Source of the DNA: an uncultured Gemmatimonadales bacterium
Lineage (GTDB): Bacteria > Gemmatimonadota > Gemmatimonadetes > Gemmatimonadales > GWC2-71-9
Assembly: GCA_963715665.1 (NCBI GenBank)
Contig: OY970263.1
Span: 2,090,757-2,154,756, forward strand
Direction of reading: 5' to 3'
DNA length: 64,000 bases
The position numbers were made by a program, and so were the translations under genes. Below are positions 51,120-60,282 of the stretch, in pieces (position 1 is the first letter of the stretch; every line of letters starts with the position of its first letter). The notes under the pieces were generated by a model, which was given only the letters and a program-made list of their open reading frames with translations, did no database searches and had not been told where the DNA came from.

Positions 51120-53657
51120 CTAGTTGCCGCCCCTGCCGCCGCGGCCGCCCCGCCCGCCGGCGGCGCCACTGCGCCGCGCCTGGCCCATCACGTAGTCCTG
51201 CGGCGGCGTGCCATCCAGCAGCCAGGTAACGAAGTAGTCCCAGCGGCGGCGTTGCATGTACGCCGACATCGAGCCATAGCCGTGATGCTGATCGGGGAGC
51301 AGCAGCAGGTCGAAGTCCTTGTTGGCCTTGATGAGGGCGTCGACCACCAGCAGCGTGTTGTACGGCGGCACGTTGTCGTCGATCGTGCCGTGCGCGAGGA
51401 GGAGGTGGCCCTTGAGGTTCTTGGCCACTTCCTCGTTGGCGGCGAGGTCGTAGTTGGTCTTGTCGTCGCCGGCCGACTGGACCGGCCCTTCGTAGCGCTC
51501 GCCCCAGTCGTCTTCGTACTGCCGGTTGTCGTGGTTGCCCGACTCGGAGATGCCGACCTTGAAGAAGTCGGGGTAGCGGAACATCGCGTCGGCCGTCGCA
51601 AAGCCGCCGCCGGAGTGGCCGTAGATGCCGGTGCGAGAGAGGTCGATCCAGGGGTTCTGCTGCGCCAGCTCCTTTTCGGCGGCCACCTGGTCGGGCAGCG
51701 TGTTGTCGCCCATGTCGCCGTAGTAGGCGTCCATGAACTTCTTGGAGCGATTGGGCGTCCCCATGCCGTTGATCTGCACCACGATGAAGCCGAGGTCGGC
51801 AAGGCCCTGCTGCTCGCCGCCGGCGGTGCGGAACGACCAGCTGCCAACGCTGCCGGTCTGCGGGCCCGGGTAGATGTTGTTGATGATCGGGTACTTCCGG
51901 GTCGGATCGAAATCGGCCGGCTTGTACATCAGGCCGTAGACATCGGTGACGCCGTCACGCGCCTTCTCGTGGAAGGTGGTGACCGGATGCCAGCCGAGGG
52001 CGCGCAACTTTGCGGTGTCGGCGGACTGTTCCAGCGGCATGACCAGCGCACCGGTGACGGCGTTGCGCAGCGCGCTTGCCGGCGGCATGTCGGACTCATC
52101 CCAGACGTCCACGAGGTACTTGCGGTCCGGCGAGAAGGAGACGGTGTGCTCGCCTTCGCCCGGGGTCAGCGACACCTGGTGGGTGCCGTCGAGGCTGACC
52201 CGGTAATAGTGGTGATAGTACGGCATCTGGGTGGAGTCCTTGCCGACCCCGGTGAACCAGAGGGTGCGCGTGGCCGCGTCGACGCTGTCGATGGCGGAGA
52301 CGTCACCGATGCCGGTGGTGACCTGGTTCTTGAGCTGCCCGCTGGTCAGGTCGTAGAGGTAGAGCTGTCCCCAGTTGTCGCGCTGCGAGTACCAGAGGAT
52401 CTCCTTGCTGGGCCAGAGCACATCCCAACCGGTCCACGACTCGACATGCGTCGGTTCGGATTCCTCGAAGAGGGTGCGCACCGCGCCGGTGGAGGTGTTC
52501 GCCTCGCGGATCCAGACGTGCTTGTGGTAGCGCGACACCGACGCGAAGACGACCGTGGAATCGTTCGGGTTCCACTTGACGTCGCTCATGCTGAGGTTGT
52601 CGCCCTGGATGGAGCGGTGCTGGTCGGGCTCCATCTGGAAGCGGGTCATCGCGCCGCTCTGGACGTTGATCACGACGCGGTGGATCATGGTGACGACGCT
52701 GTCGCCCGGGAGCGGATACTTCCACGCCTGCAGCACCGGATGGCCGCCAAGGTGGGTGCTCATCATCTGGCGGCTCGAGGGGTCCATCTCGCCGGTCGGC
52801 GTGGTGACGAGGTACATGTCGCCGTCACCGCGCTGATCCTGCTGCTGGGTCGCGATGAACTTCGAATCCGCCGACCAGGCAACGATCGGCCGGTCGCTCT
52901 TGGTCCAGCCGGCGTTGTCGGTGGCGTAGCCGAAGTTCTCGACGCCGTCGGTGGTCAGCTGCCGTTCCTGGTGGGTCGTGGTGTCTTCCACCCAGAGGTT
53001 CCAGTTGCGGATGAAGACGCCGATCTTGCCGTTGGGCGCCATCGCCAGCGGGTGACCGTCGGAGGATTCACCGGCCCCGCCGCGCCCGAAGCCGGCAAAG
53101 CCGCGGCCGCCGCGGCCGCCACGCCCGCCGCGCCCGAAACCACCGGCCGGCGGAGCCGGGACGGTGCCGGCCGGCAGCGCGGTGCACTTCGCGCCGTGGG
53201 TGGGGCAACTCCAGTCCTTCCCGTCGACCGTCATCATGATCGACTTGTTGTCCTTGCTGTACGTGAACCAGGTGAACGGCAGGTCCTGTGCGTCGTAGCG
53301 CCCGCCCGTTGCGGCGGAAAGCGCGGTGGCAACACGGGCCTGATCGAACGCCGGCGCCTTCGACTTCCGCGCCGGATCGACGAGGAGGAACTGCCCGCTG
53401 CCGTCGCGATACCAGAACCGGTCGCCGGGAAGCCAATTGGGCGTGACACGGCCGGCATCGGCCGCCGTCGCCACTTCCGCGGGTGCCGTCATGTCGAGTT
53501 CGGCACTGCGGTAATCGTTGGCGGTGAACGCCTTTCCCTGCCCCTGCTGGGCGGCAACCGGGAAGGCGACGGCGGCGCCGGCGGCGAGCGGCAACAGTGC
53601 GCCGCGGACGACGCGGGACCAGAACGGACCAGGGCGGAATGGCATGCGGATCCTCAT
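51120..53657 (-). CDS. S9 family dipeptidyl peptidase IV-like protein
   Basis: Signal peptide; DPPIV propeller; YPGPQ, GHSGGG nucleophile, HGTIDDNV, QHH. Confidence 0.93.
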   Translation of the reverse strand: MRIRMPFRPGPFWSRVVRGALLPLAAGAAVAFPVAAQQGQGKAFTANDYRSAELDMTAPAEVATAADAGRVTPNWLPGDRFWYRDGSGQFLLVDPARKSKAPAFDQARVATALSAATGGRYDAQDLPFTWFTYSKDNKSIMMTVDGKDWSCPTHGAKCTALPAGTVPAPPAGGFGRGGRGGRGGRGFAGFGRGGAGESSDGHPLAMAPNGKIGVFIRNWNLWVEDTTTHQERQLTTDGVENFGYATDNAGWTKSDRPIVAWSADSKFIATQQQDQRGDGDMYLVTTPTGEMDPSSRQMMSTHLGGHPVLQAWKYPLPGDSVVTMIHRVVINVQSGAMTRFQMEPDQHRSIQGDNLSMSDVKWNPNDSTVVFASVSRYHKHVWIREANTSTGAVRTLFEESEPTHVESWTGWDVLWPSKEILWYSQRDNWGQLYLYDLTSGQLKNQVTTGIGDVSAIDSVDAATRTLWFTGVGKDSTQMPYYHHYYRVSLDGTHQVSLTPGEGEHTVSFSPDRKYLVDVWDESDMPPASALRNAVTGALVMPLEQSADTAKLRALGWHPVTTFHEKARDGVTDVYGLMYKPADFDPTRKYPIINNIYPGPQTGSVGSWSFRTAGGEQQGLADLGFIVVQINGMGTPNRSKKFMDAYYGDMGDNTLPDQVAAEKELAQQNPWIDLSRTGIYGHSGGGFATADAMFRYPDFFKVGISESGNHDNRQYEDDWGERYEGPVQSAGDDKTNYDLAANEEVAKNLKGHLLLAHGTIDDNVPPYNTLLVVDALIKANKDFDLLLLPDQHHGYGSMSAYMQRRRWDYFVTWLLDGTPPQDYVMGQARRSGAAGGRGGRGGRGGN

Positions 53658-53884
53658 GGGGTGATGGCGATGTTTCACCGCTGAACAACGGTCGTGGGCC
53701 GGGGGAGTGGAACAACAATAGGGCGGCGGCTGGCGGGGGCAAGTATGGCGGTCGAAGGTCGAGGGTCGCGGGGCGCGCGTCTCGGCGCCGCCGCCACATG
53801 ACTACATTACGCCGGTTTCGCTTCGCAACGTCTTCTCATCGGAGGCACCGCACCGCCCTCCCCGCCCTCCAACCGGGAGCCAAC

Positions 53885-54616
53885 GTGAACGTCGCCTATT
53901 GGGATCGCATGGCCGACCATTGGGATGACCTGGTGTTCAGCGTGCGTCGCTCGGACCGCCAGCGGGTCATTCCGCAAGCGCTGCAACGGATTGCCGGACG
54001 GAAGGAGGCGGGCCTTGTTGCCGACTTCGGCTGCGGCCCCGGCGCCTTCCTGCCGCTGCTGTCGCGGACCTTTTCCCGGGTCGTCGCGTACGATCAGTCG
54101 CCGCGTTGCGTGGAACTCGCCGAACGCCGCGCCCGGCGCCTTCCCAACGTGACGGTGATCCGCCCCCCCGATTCGCTCGCGCAATGGCAGCATCGCTGTG
54201 ACGCGGTGCTGTGCGTCAACGTGGTGATCCATCCCCGGCGCCGGAACCGCATCGGCACCTTCCGCCAGACGCTGGAGCTGTTGCGCCCCGGCGGGCGGGT
54301 GGTGATGGTGGTGCCGTCGATCGAGTCGGAATGCCTGCTGGCCGAGGCCACCGGAGGCGACGGGCGCAACTGCGTACACGTGCCGCGGGGCAACAAGACG
54401 ATACCTTTGGGCGTCCTGTCGGTGGTGGGAGTGCCCACCAAGCACTTTGCCGCGGCCGAACTGCGGGTCCTCGCGGCAACCTCCGGGTTGGAGCGCGTCG
54501 AGATTTCGCGCGTGGAGTATTCGTGGTCGAGTTATGGCCTGAAGCCGGTGCGTCCCGCCGGGCTGCGCCCCTGGGACTGGATGCTCGAAGGGAAACTGGT
54601 CCGGGAGATGGCGTGA
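53885..54616 (+). CDS. Class I SAM-dependent methyltransferase
   Basis: YWD, ADFGCGPG motif I, LLRPGG. Confidence 0.88.
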   Translation: MNVAYWDRMADHWDDLVFSVRRSDRQRVIPQALQRIAGRKEAGLVADFGCGPGAFLPLLSRTFSRVVAYDQSPRCVELAERRARRLPNVTVIRPPDSLAQWQHRCDAVLCVNVVIHPRRRNRIGTFRQTLELLRPGGRVVMVVPSIESECLLAEATGGDGRNCVHVPRGNKTIPLGVLSVVGVPTKHFAAAELRVLAATSGLERVEISRVEYSWSSYGLKPVRPAGLRPWDWMLEGKLVREMA

Positions 54617-56766
54617 GTCGGCACGCCACCCGCGGCGCGGGCCCCGTCGTTCGCGCCTGGTTGCTCGCGATGGTGATGGCGGCACCGGTCGCGCTCCGGG
54701 CGCAGACTCGCCCGTCGCCGGTGGTCGAACCCGATTCGGCGCTGCTCGCGCCGCGTCCGGTTCCCGGCCCGGTGTTCGAATCGCCGGCATTCACCCGCGC
54801 GGTGGAGCGCGGCACCCGGACGCGCACCGGTGCGCCGGGGCCGGCCTACTGGGTGCAGCACCCCCGGTACGACATCCAGGTACAACTCGACCCGACAACC
54901 CATCGCGTCAGCGGCAAGGAGACGATCACCTACCGCAACGACTCACCCGACACGCTGCATGCGCTGGCGGTCTATCTCCGGCAGAACGCCTTCGCGCCCG
55001 GCAGCCCGCGCCGGCAGAGCGTGCCGGTGACCGACGGGATGAAGCTGTTGTCGGTGGCGGTGAACGGCGAGCCGGTGATCGCCGCGCTGAACGAGAACCC
55101 GGCGATGCCGATCACCGCGCCGCCGCGGCAACCGCCGCAGCCCGGGCAGTACGCCGTCGACGGCACGGTGATGACGATCCCGCTGGCGGCGCCGCTGGCA
55201 CCGGCCGCGACGGCAACCCTCGACATCAGCTGGTGGTACGTGCCGGCGCCCTCTCCAGCCGACGGACGCGAGGGGCGTGACGGCGACGTCTACTTCATGG
55301 GATACTGGTACCCGCAGATGGCGGTGTACGACGACGTCGACGGATGGGTGACCGATCCCTACCTCCTCGAGGCCGAGTTCTACATGGACCCGGCGGACTA
55401 CACGGTGGCGATCACCGTGCCGCGCGGCTGGGTGGTGGGAGCCACCGGCACGCTGCAGAACGCACCGGCGGTGCTCTCCCGCGCGGCCCGCGACAGTCTG
55501 GCGGCGGCGCGCACGTCGCCGGCGGTGGTGCGGGTGGTGACGCCGGGGCCCGGCGCGATGGCGGCGTTCGCCGCCGGTGGGCCGCTCGCCACCTGGCAGT
55601 TCGTGGCCAACGACGTCCGCGACTTTGCCTGGGGAACGAGCGACCGCTACGCATGGGACGCGACCCGCGCCCTGGTCACGACGCCGATCGGCACCGTCGA
55701 CACCGTTGCGATCAACTCGTTCTACCGCCTCACGGCGGAAGCGTCGGCGTGGCGCATCGGCGGGGCACGCTACACTCGCGACGCCATCGAGCAGATGTCG
55801 GCATGGCTCTGGTCCTATCCCTGGCAGCAGATGACGTCGATGGAAGGGGTGCTCGACAGCGGCGGGATGGAATACCCGATGATGACCCTGATGCAGCCGT
55901 GGAGCGACACGCTGTCGCTGGCCGGCGACCTGATGCACGAAACCGGGCACATGTGGTTTCCGATGCAGGTGGGATCGAACGAGACGCGCTATCCGTGGAT
56001 GGACGAGGGGTTCACCCAGTTCGACGTGGCGCAGGGGATGCGCGCCATCTACGGCGCCGACCGGGCCGGCGGCCGGCCCAACGATTCCGAACGGGGCCAG
56101 CGGGCGCTCTACCTCGCCGCGGTGCGTGCCGGCGAGGACAACCAGTTGATGCTTCCGGGCGACGAGTTTCCCGAGAACAGCTACCTGGTGATCTACTACG
56201 ACAAGACGGCGCAGGTGCTGGCGGCGTTGCGGGCCATCGTGGGGCCCGAGACGCTGCGCCGCGCGCTGGTGACCTACGGGCGCGAATGGACCGACCGTCA
56301 CCCCCAGCCGTACGACTTCTTCAATACGGTGGCGACGGTATCGGGGCAGGACCTTTCATGGTTCTGGACGACGTGGTTCTATCACGCGTGGGCGCTCGAC
56401 CGGGCGATCGACTCGACCTCGGTGATCGGTGATTCGATGGCGGTGACGATCGGCGACCACGGCCTGGCGCCGATGCCGGTGTACCTGGTGGTGACCCGGC
56501 GCGACAGCTCGGTGCAACGGATCACGATTCCGGTGGACGTGTGGCTTGCCGGACGCCGTCGCACCACCGTCATGTTGCGAAACATTCCAGCCATCACGAA
56601 GATCGAAATCGATCCGGACAGCCTGTTCCCCGAACTCGACCGCGGCAATCTTCGCCGTGATGTCGGGCAGGGCGTCAGTGGCAGCCAGGGCCAGCAAGCG
56701 CCACCGCAAGCGCCCGGGCCGGCGCCGGCATCACCGCTGCGACCCGACAGGCCTCCCACGCATTAA
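54613..56766 (+). CDS. M1 family metallopeptidase
   Basis: WYPQMAVYD, GGMEYP, HETGHMWF, WMDEG. Confidence 0.93.
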   Translation: MSRHATRGAGPVVRAWLLAMVMAAPVALRAQTRPSPVVEPDSALLAPRPVPGPVFESPAFTRAVERGTRTRTGAPGPAYWVQHPRYDIQVQLDPTTHRVSGKETITYRNDSPDTLHALAVYLRQNAFAPGSPRRQSVPVTDGMKLLSVAVNGEPVIAALNENPAMPITAPPRQPPQPGQYAVDGTVMTIPLAAPLAPAATATLDISWWYVPAPSPADGREGRDGDVYFMGYWYPQMAVYDDVDGWVTDPYLLEAEFYMDPADYTVAITVPRGWVVGATGTLQNAPAVLSRAARDSLAAARTSPAVVRVVTPGPGAMAAFAAGGPLATWQFVANDVRDFAWGTSDRYAWDATRALVTTPIGTVDTVAINSFYRLTAEASAWRIGGARYTRDAIEQMSAWLWSYPWQQMTSMEGVLDSGGMEYPMMTLMQPWSDTLSLAGDLMHETGHMWFPMQVGSNETRYPWMDEGFTQFDVAQGMRAIYGADRAGGRPNDSERGQRALYLAAVRAGEDNQLMLPGDEFPENSYLVIYYDKTAQVLAALRAIVGPETLRRALVTYGREWTDRHPQPYDFFNTVATVSGQDLSWFWTTWFYHAWALDRAIDSTSVIGDSMAVTIGDHGLAPMPVYLVVTRRDSSVQRITIPVDVWLAGRRRTTVMLRNIPAITKIEIDPDSLFPELDRGNLRRDVGQGVSGSQGQQAPPQAPGPAPASPLRPDRPPTH

Positions 56767-56840
56767 GATCAGCAGGAGTCGAGCGCCGGCAGCGCCACGC
56801 GTTGCCGGCCACCCGCGTGCCACCTTGCAGGAGTCATCCG

Positions 56841-58772
56841 ATGATGCAGCATTCGTCGCTGGTCTGGCGGACGGTCCGCGCCGGGATCGTATCATGCCTG
56901 TCGCTGCTTGGCGCTTCGTTGCTGGCACCCGCCAGGGCGTCGGCCCAGGGACCGGCGCCGTTGTACCAGCCCCGGGCAATCAAGCTGACCTATCAGCACG
57001 GCACACGCTCGCCCGACGGGGCGCCGGGACCGAACTACTGGGAGAACCACGCGCAGTACCACATCGCGCTCCGGGCCGCGCCGCCGGACCGCACCATTCA
57101 CGGCACCGAGCAGATCGAGTATCACAACAACAGCCCCGACACGCTGCGGGCGCTGGTGTTCAAGCTGTTCAGCAATGTCCACAAGCCGGGGGCCCCGCGG
57201 ATCGGCGGCGCGGCCGCCGACTATCTCACGTCGGGCACGCACATCGATTCGTTCTCGGTCAACGGCACGCCACAGACCTGGGGCAACGATGCGAACGTCT
57301 TCACGTCAAAGGCGGTGCGGCTCCCCACCCCGCTGGCGCCCCACGACTCGGTGGCGATGGCCGTGGCGTGGCATTATGACGTCACCGGCGGCGGCGGCCG
57401 CGAGGGGGTGATCGACTCGACCACCTACTACCTGGCGTATTTCTACCCGCGGGTGGCGGTCTACGACGATTACAACGGCTGGGACACGATGGACTTCACC
57501 GGCGAGCAGGAGTTCTACAGCGACTTCAACGACTACGACGTGTCGATCACGGTGCCGCGGAACTTCGTGGTCTGGGGTACCGGCACGCTGACCGACGCGG
57601 CGCAGGTGCTGCAGCCCGATGTCCTGCAGCGGTTCCAGGCGTCGTTCACCTCCGACAGCACGATTCATGTCGCCTCCGGTGCGGCGACACAGGCCGGCCA
57701 GACGACGCGGCAGGATTCGGTCAACACCTGGCACTTTGCCGCCAGCAACATCCCCGACATGGCGTTCGGGGTGAGCGACCACTACGACTGGGATGCCGCG
57801 AGCGTGCTGGTGGACGATGCCGCCGGGCGGCGGGCCAGCACCCAGGCGGCATACAACGACGACGCGAAGGACTACCACTACATGGTGCAGTTCGCGCGGG
57901 GCGCGTTGAACTTCCTGTCGCACCAGTGGCCGGGCGTACCGTATCCCTACGAGAAGAGCACGGTGTTCCGCGGCTTTGCCGACATGGAATATCCGATGAT
58001 GGTCAACGACAACAGCAACGCCGACACGTCGTTTTCGCGGTTCGTCGTGGCGCACGAGATTGCGCACACCTACTTCCCGTTCTACATGGGGATCAACGAG
58101 ACGCGCTACGGCTTCATGGACGAGGGGTGGGCGACGACGTTCGAGTACCTGATCAACCAGGTCGACATGGGAAAGCCGGCCGCCGAGCGGCTCTACCAGC
58201 AGTTCCGGGTGGCCGGCTGGATTCGCGACCCGTCGCCGCTGGAAGACCTGCCGATCATCACGCCGGAGGATGTGCTCAAGGGAGTCGCCTACGGCAACAA
58301 CGCCTATGGCAAGGCCTCGCTGGGCTACCTCGCCGCCAAGGACCTGCTGGGCGACGCGATGTTCAAGAAGTGCCTGCAGGCGTTCATCGCCCGCTGGCAC
58401 GGCAAGCACCCGATCCCCTGGGACTTCTTCAACACGTTCAACAACGTCTCCGGCGAGAACCTGAACTGGTTCTGGCGCGACTGGTACTTCAGCGACGACT
58501 ACATCGACCTGGCGGTGGCGGGCGTCACGCACACCGCGAAGGGCTACGCGGTGGCGGTGAAGAACATCGGCGGGATGGATGCCCCGTTCGACCTGGTGCT
58601 GAAGTACAGTGACGGCAGCACTGATTCACTGCACGAGACACCGGCGGTCTGGCGGGCGAACCAGGCGCGGGCCACGATCGCCGTGCCGACCGCAAAGACC
58701 CTGACGTCAGTGTCGATCGACGGCGGGATCTGGATGGACGCGGACACGAGCAACAATCGGTGGAGCCGGTAG
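56841..58772 (+). CDS. M1 family metallopeptidase
   Basis: FYPRVAVYD, ADMEYP, HEIAHTYF, FMDEG. Confidence 0.93.
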   Translation: MMQHSSLVWRTVRAGIVSCLSLLGASLLAPARASAQGPAPLYQPRAIKLTYQHGTRSPDGAPGPNYWENHAQYHIALRAAPPDRTIHGTEQIEYHNNSPDTLRALVFKLFSNVHKPGAPRIGGAAADYLTSGTHIDSFSVNGTPQTWGNDANVFTSKAVRLPTPLAPHDSVAMAVAWHYDVTGGGGREGVIDSTTYYLAYFYPRVAVYDDYNGWDTMDFTGEQEFYSDFNDYDVSITVPRNFVVWGTGTLTDAAQVLQPDVLQRFQASFTSDSTIHVASGAATQAGQTTRQDSVNTWHFAASNIPDMAFGVSDHYDWDAASVLVDDAAGRRASTQAAYNDDAKDYHYMVQFARGALNFLSHQWPGVPYPYEKSTVFRGFADMEYPMMVNDNSNADTSFSRFVVAHEIAHTYFPFYMGINETRYGFMDEGWATTFEYLINQVDMGKPAAERLYQQFRVAGWIRDPSPLEDLPIITPEDVLKGVAYGNNAYGKASLGYLAAKDLLGDAMFKKCLQAFIARWHGKHPIPWDFFNTFNNVSGENLNWFWRDWYFSDDYIDLAVAGVTHTAKGYAVAVKNIGGMDAPFDLVLKYSDGSTDSLHETPAVWRANQARATIAVPTAKTLTSVSIDGGIWMDADTSNNRWSR

Positions 58773-58819
58773 CGACCGCCGCGCCGCCTTTGGTGCGGCC
58801 CGGAGGAGGCACAACAGGG

Positions 58820-60112
58820 CTACACCAGTCCCTTCCGGATCACCTGCACCATCAGGTCGGCGAACGTGTCGATCTCGTCGGGCGTCGTGTAGACATTGGG
58901 CGTCACCCGGAGCCCGGTGAATTCGGCGTTGCCGATCGGTGTCGTGACGATGCCGTGCTTGTCGAGCAGCCAGCCGGCCAGCTTGCCGGGGTCGATGCCG
59001 TCGATCATCATCAGGCAGATGGCGCCGGAGTACGGCGTATCGAGCTGGGTCGGGATGTGCACCCGGTCGCTCTCGGCGAGCAGCCGCCTGGCCCAGCGAT
59101 CCCGCAGATAGCGGAGCCGGGCGATCTTGCGGTCGGCGCCGATGCCGCGATGAAAGGCGACCGCCGCCGAGATGGCGTTGTGGTTGGCGGCGGGGTGGGT
59201 GCCGATCTCCTCGAACTTGCGGATGTTGGCGTTCTGGTCGGCACCGGCGGCCATCAGTGGCCAGATGCCGTCGATCAGGTTCTTCCGGACATACAGGAAA
59301 CCGGTCCCGATCGGCGCCAGCATCCACTTGTGGAGTGAGGTGCCATAGTAGTCGACATCGAGCTCGTCGCGGGTGAAGGGAAAATGCGCGTACGCGTGCG
59401 CGCCGTCGACGAACACCTTGATGCCGCGTTCCCGCGCCATCGTCACGATGTCCTTCACCGGAAAGATCTGGCCGGAAAGGTTGGTGATGTGGGTCACCTC
59501 GATGACCTTCGTCTTCGGGGTGATGGCATTGCGATACATGTCGACGAGATACTGCTGCGACGGCGGCGGCACCGGCCAGACCAGCTTCTTCACGACGATG
59601 CCGTTGCGGCGCATCCGCTGGTCCCAGGTGGTGAGCATCCGCGGGTAGTTCTGCGTGGTGGTGAGGATCTCGTCGCCAGGCTGCAGGTCGACGCCCTGGA
59701 TCAGGATCTCGAGCGACTCGGAGGTGTTGCGGGTGACGGCCATCTCCTCCGGATCGCAGCCGAAGTCGTGGGCCAGGTCGCGGCGGACGCTCTCGATCCG
59801 CGGTTCGAGCACCGCCCAGAGGTGATTGGCGGGCGATTCGTTGCTGAACCGGAGGTCGCGGATCATCGCCTCGAGCACATGGGTGGGCGTCGGGCAGACG
59901 CCGCCGTTGTTGAGGTTGATCAGCGTCCGGTCGGTATCGAAGGCCCGCTCGATCTCCGACCAGTACGCTTCGTCGTCGGCCACCGCGGCGGGATCGGCGC
60001 TGCCGAAATGGTCGTTCGCCCGGCGGACCCGGCGGATCGCCGAGGCGCGGAACATCGGCAGGGCGGCACTCATCCCCACGAGCGACTGCACGAAGTGGCG
60101 ACGCGAAGGCAT
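58820..60112 (-). CDS. Class V PLP-dependent aminotransferase-family enzyme (isopenicillin N epimerase/cysteine desulfurase-like) with Tat-like signal
   Basis: SRRHF signal; LNNGG, VDGAH, SLHKWMLAP PLP-lysine motif. Confidence 0.9.
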   Translation of the reverse strand: MPSRRHFVQSLVGMSAALPMFRASAIRRVRRANDHFGSADPAAVADDEAYWSEIERAFDTDRTLINLNNGGVCPTPTHVLEAMIRDLRFSNESPANHLWAVLEPRIESVRRDLAHDFGCDPEEMAVTRNTSESLEILIQGVDLQPGDEILTTTQNYPRMLTTWDQRMRRNGIVVKKLVWPVPPPSQQYLVDMYRNAITPKTKVIEVTHITNLSGQIFPVKDIVTMARERGIKVFVDGAHAYAHFPFTRDELDVDYYGTSLHKWMLAPIGTGFLYVRKNLIDGIWPLMAAGADQNANIRKFEEIGTHPAANHNAISAAVAFHRGIGADRKIARLRYLRDRWARRLLAESDRVHIPTQLDTPYSGAICLMMIDGIDPGKLAGWLLDKHGIVTTPIGNAEFTGLRVTPNVYTTPDEIDTFADLMVQVIRKGLV

Positions 60113-60282
60113 GGCTTCTCCGGCGAAGAGGACGGCAGATCGGTTGGCGAGGTTGGAATCCGGAAGGACGATACGCCCCGGAACGCCGCCGCGCCAGCGC
60201 CGGACTGCGGCTGATCCCCGCCGGGCGACGCGTTACCTTCTTGCCATCCCTCGATTCGGAACACCCTGGATCTCACCGGAGC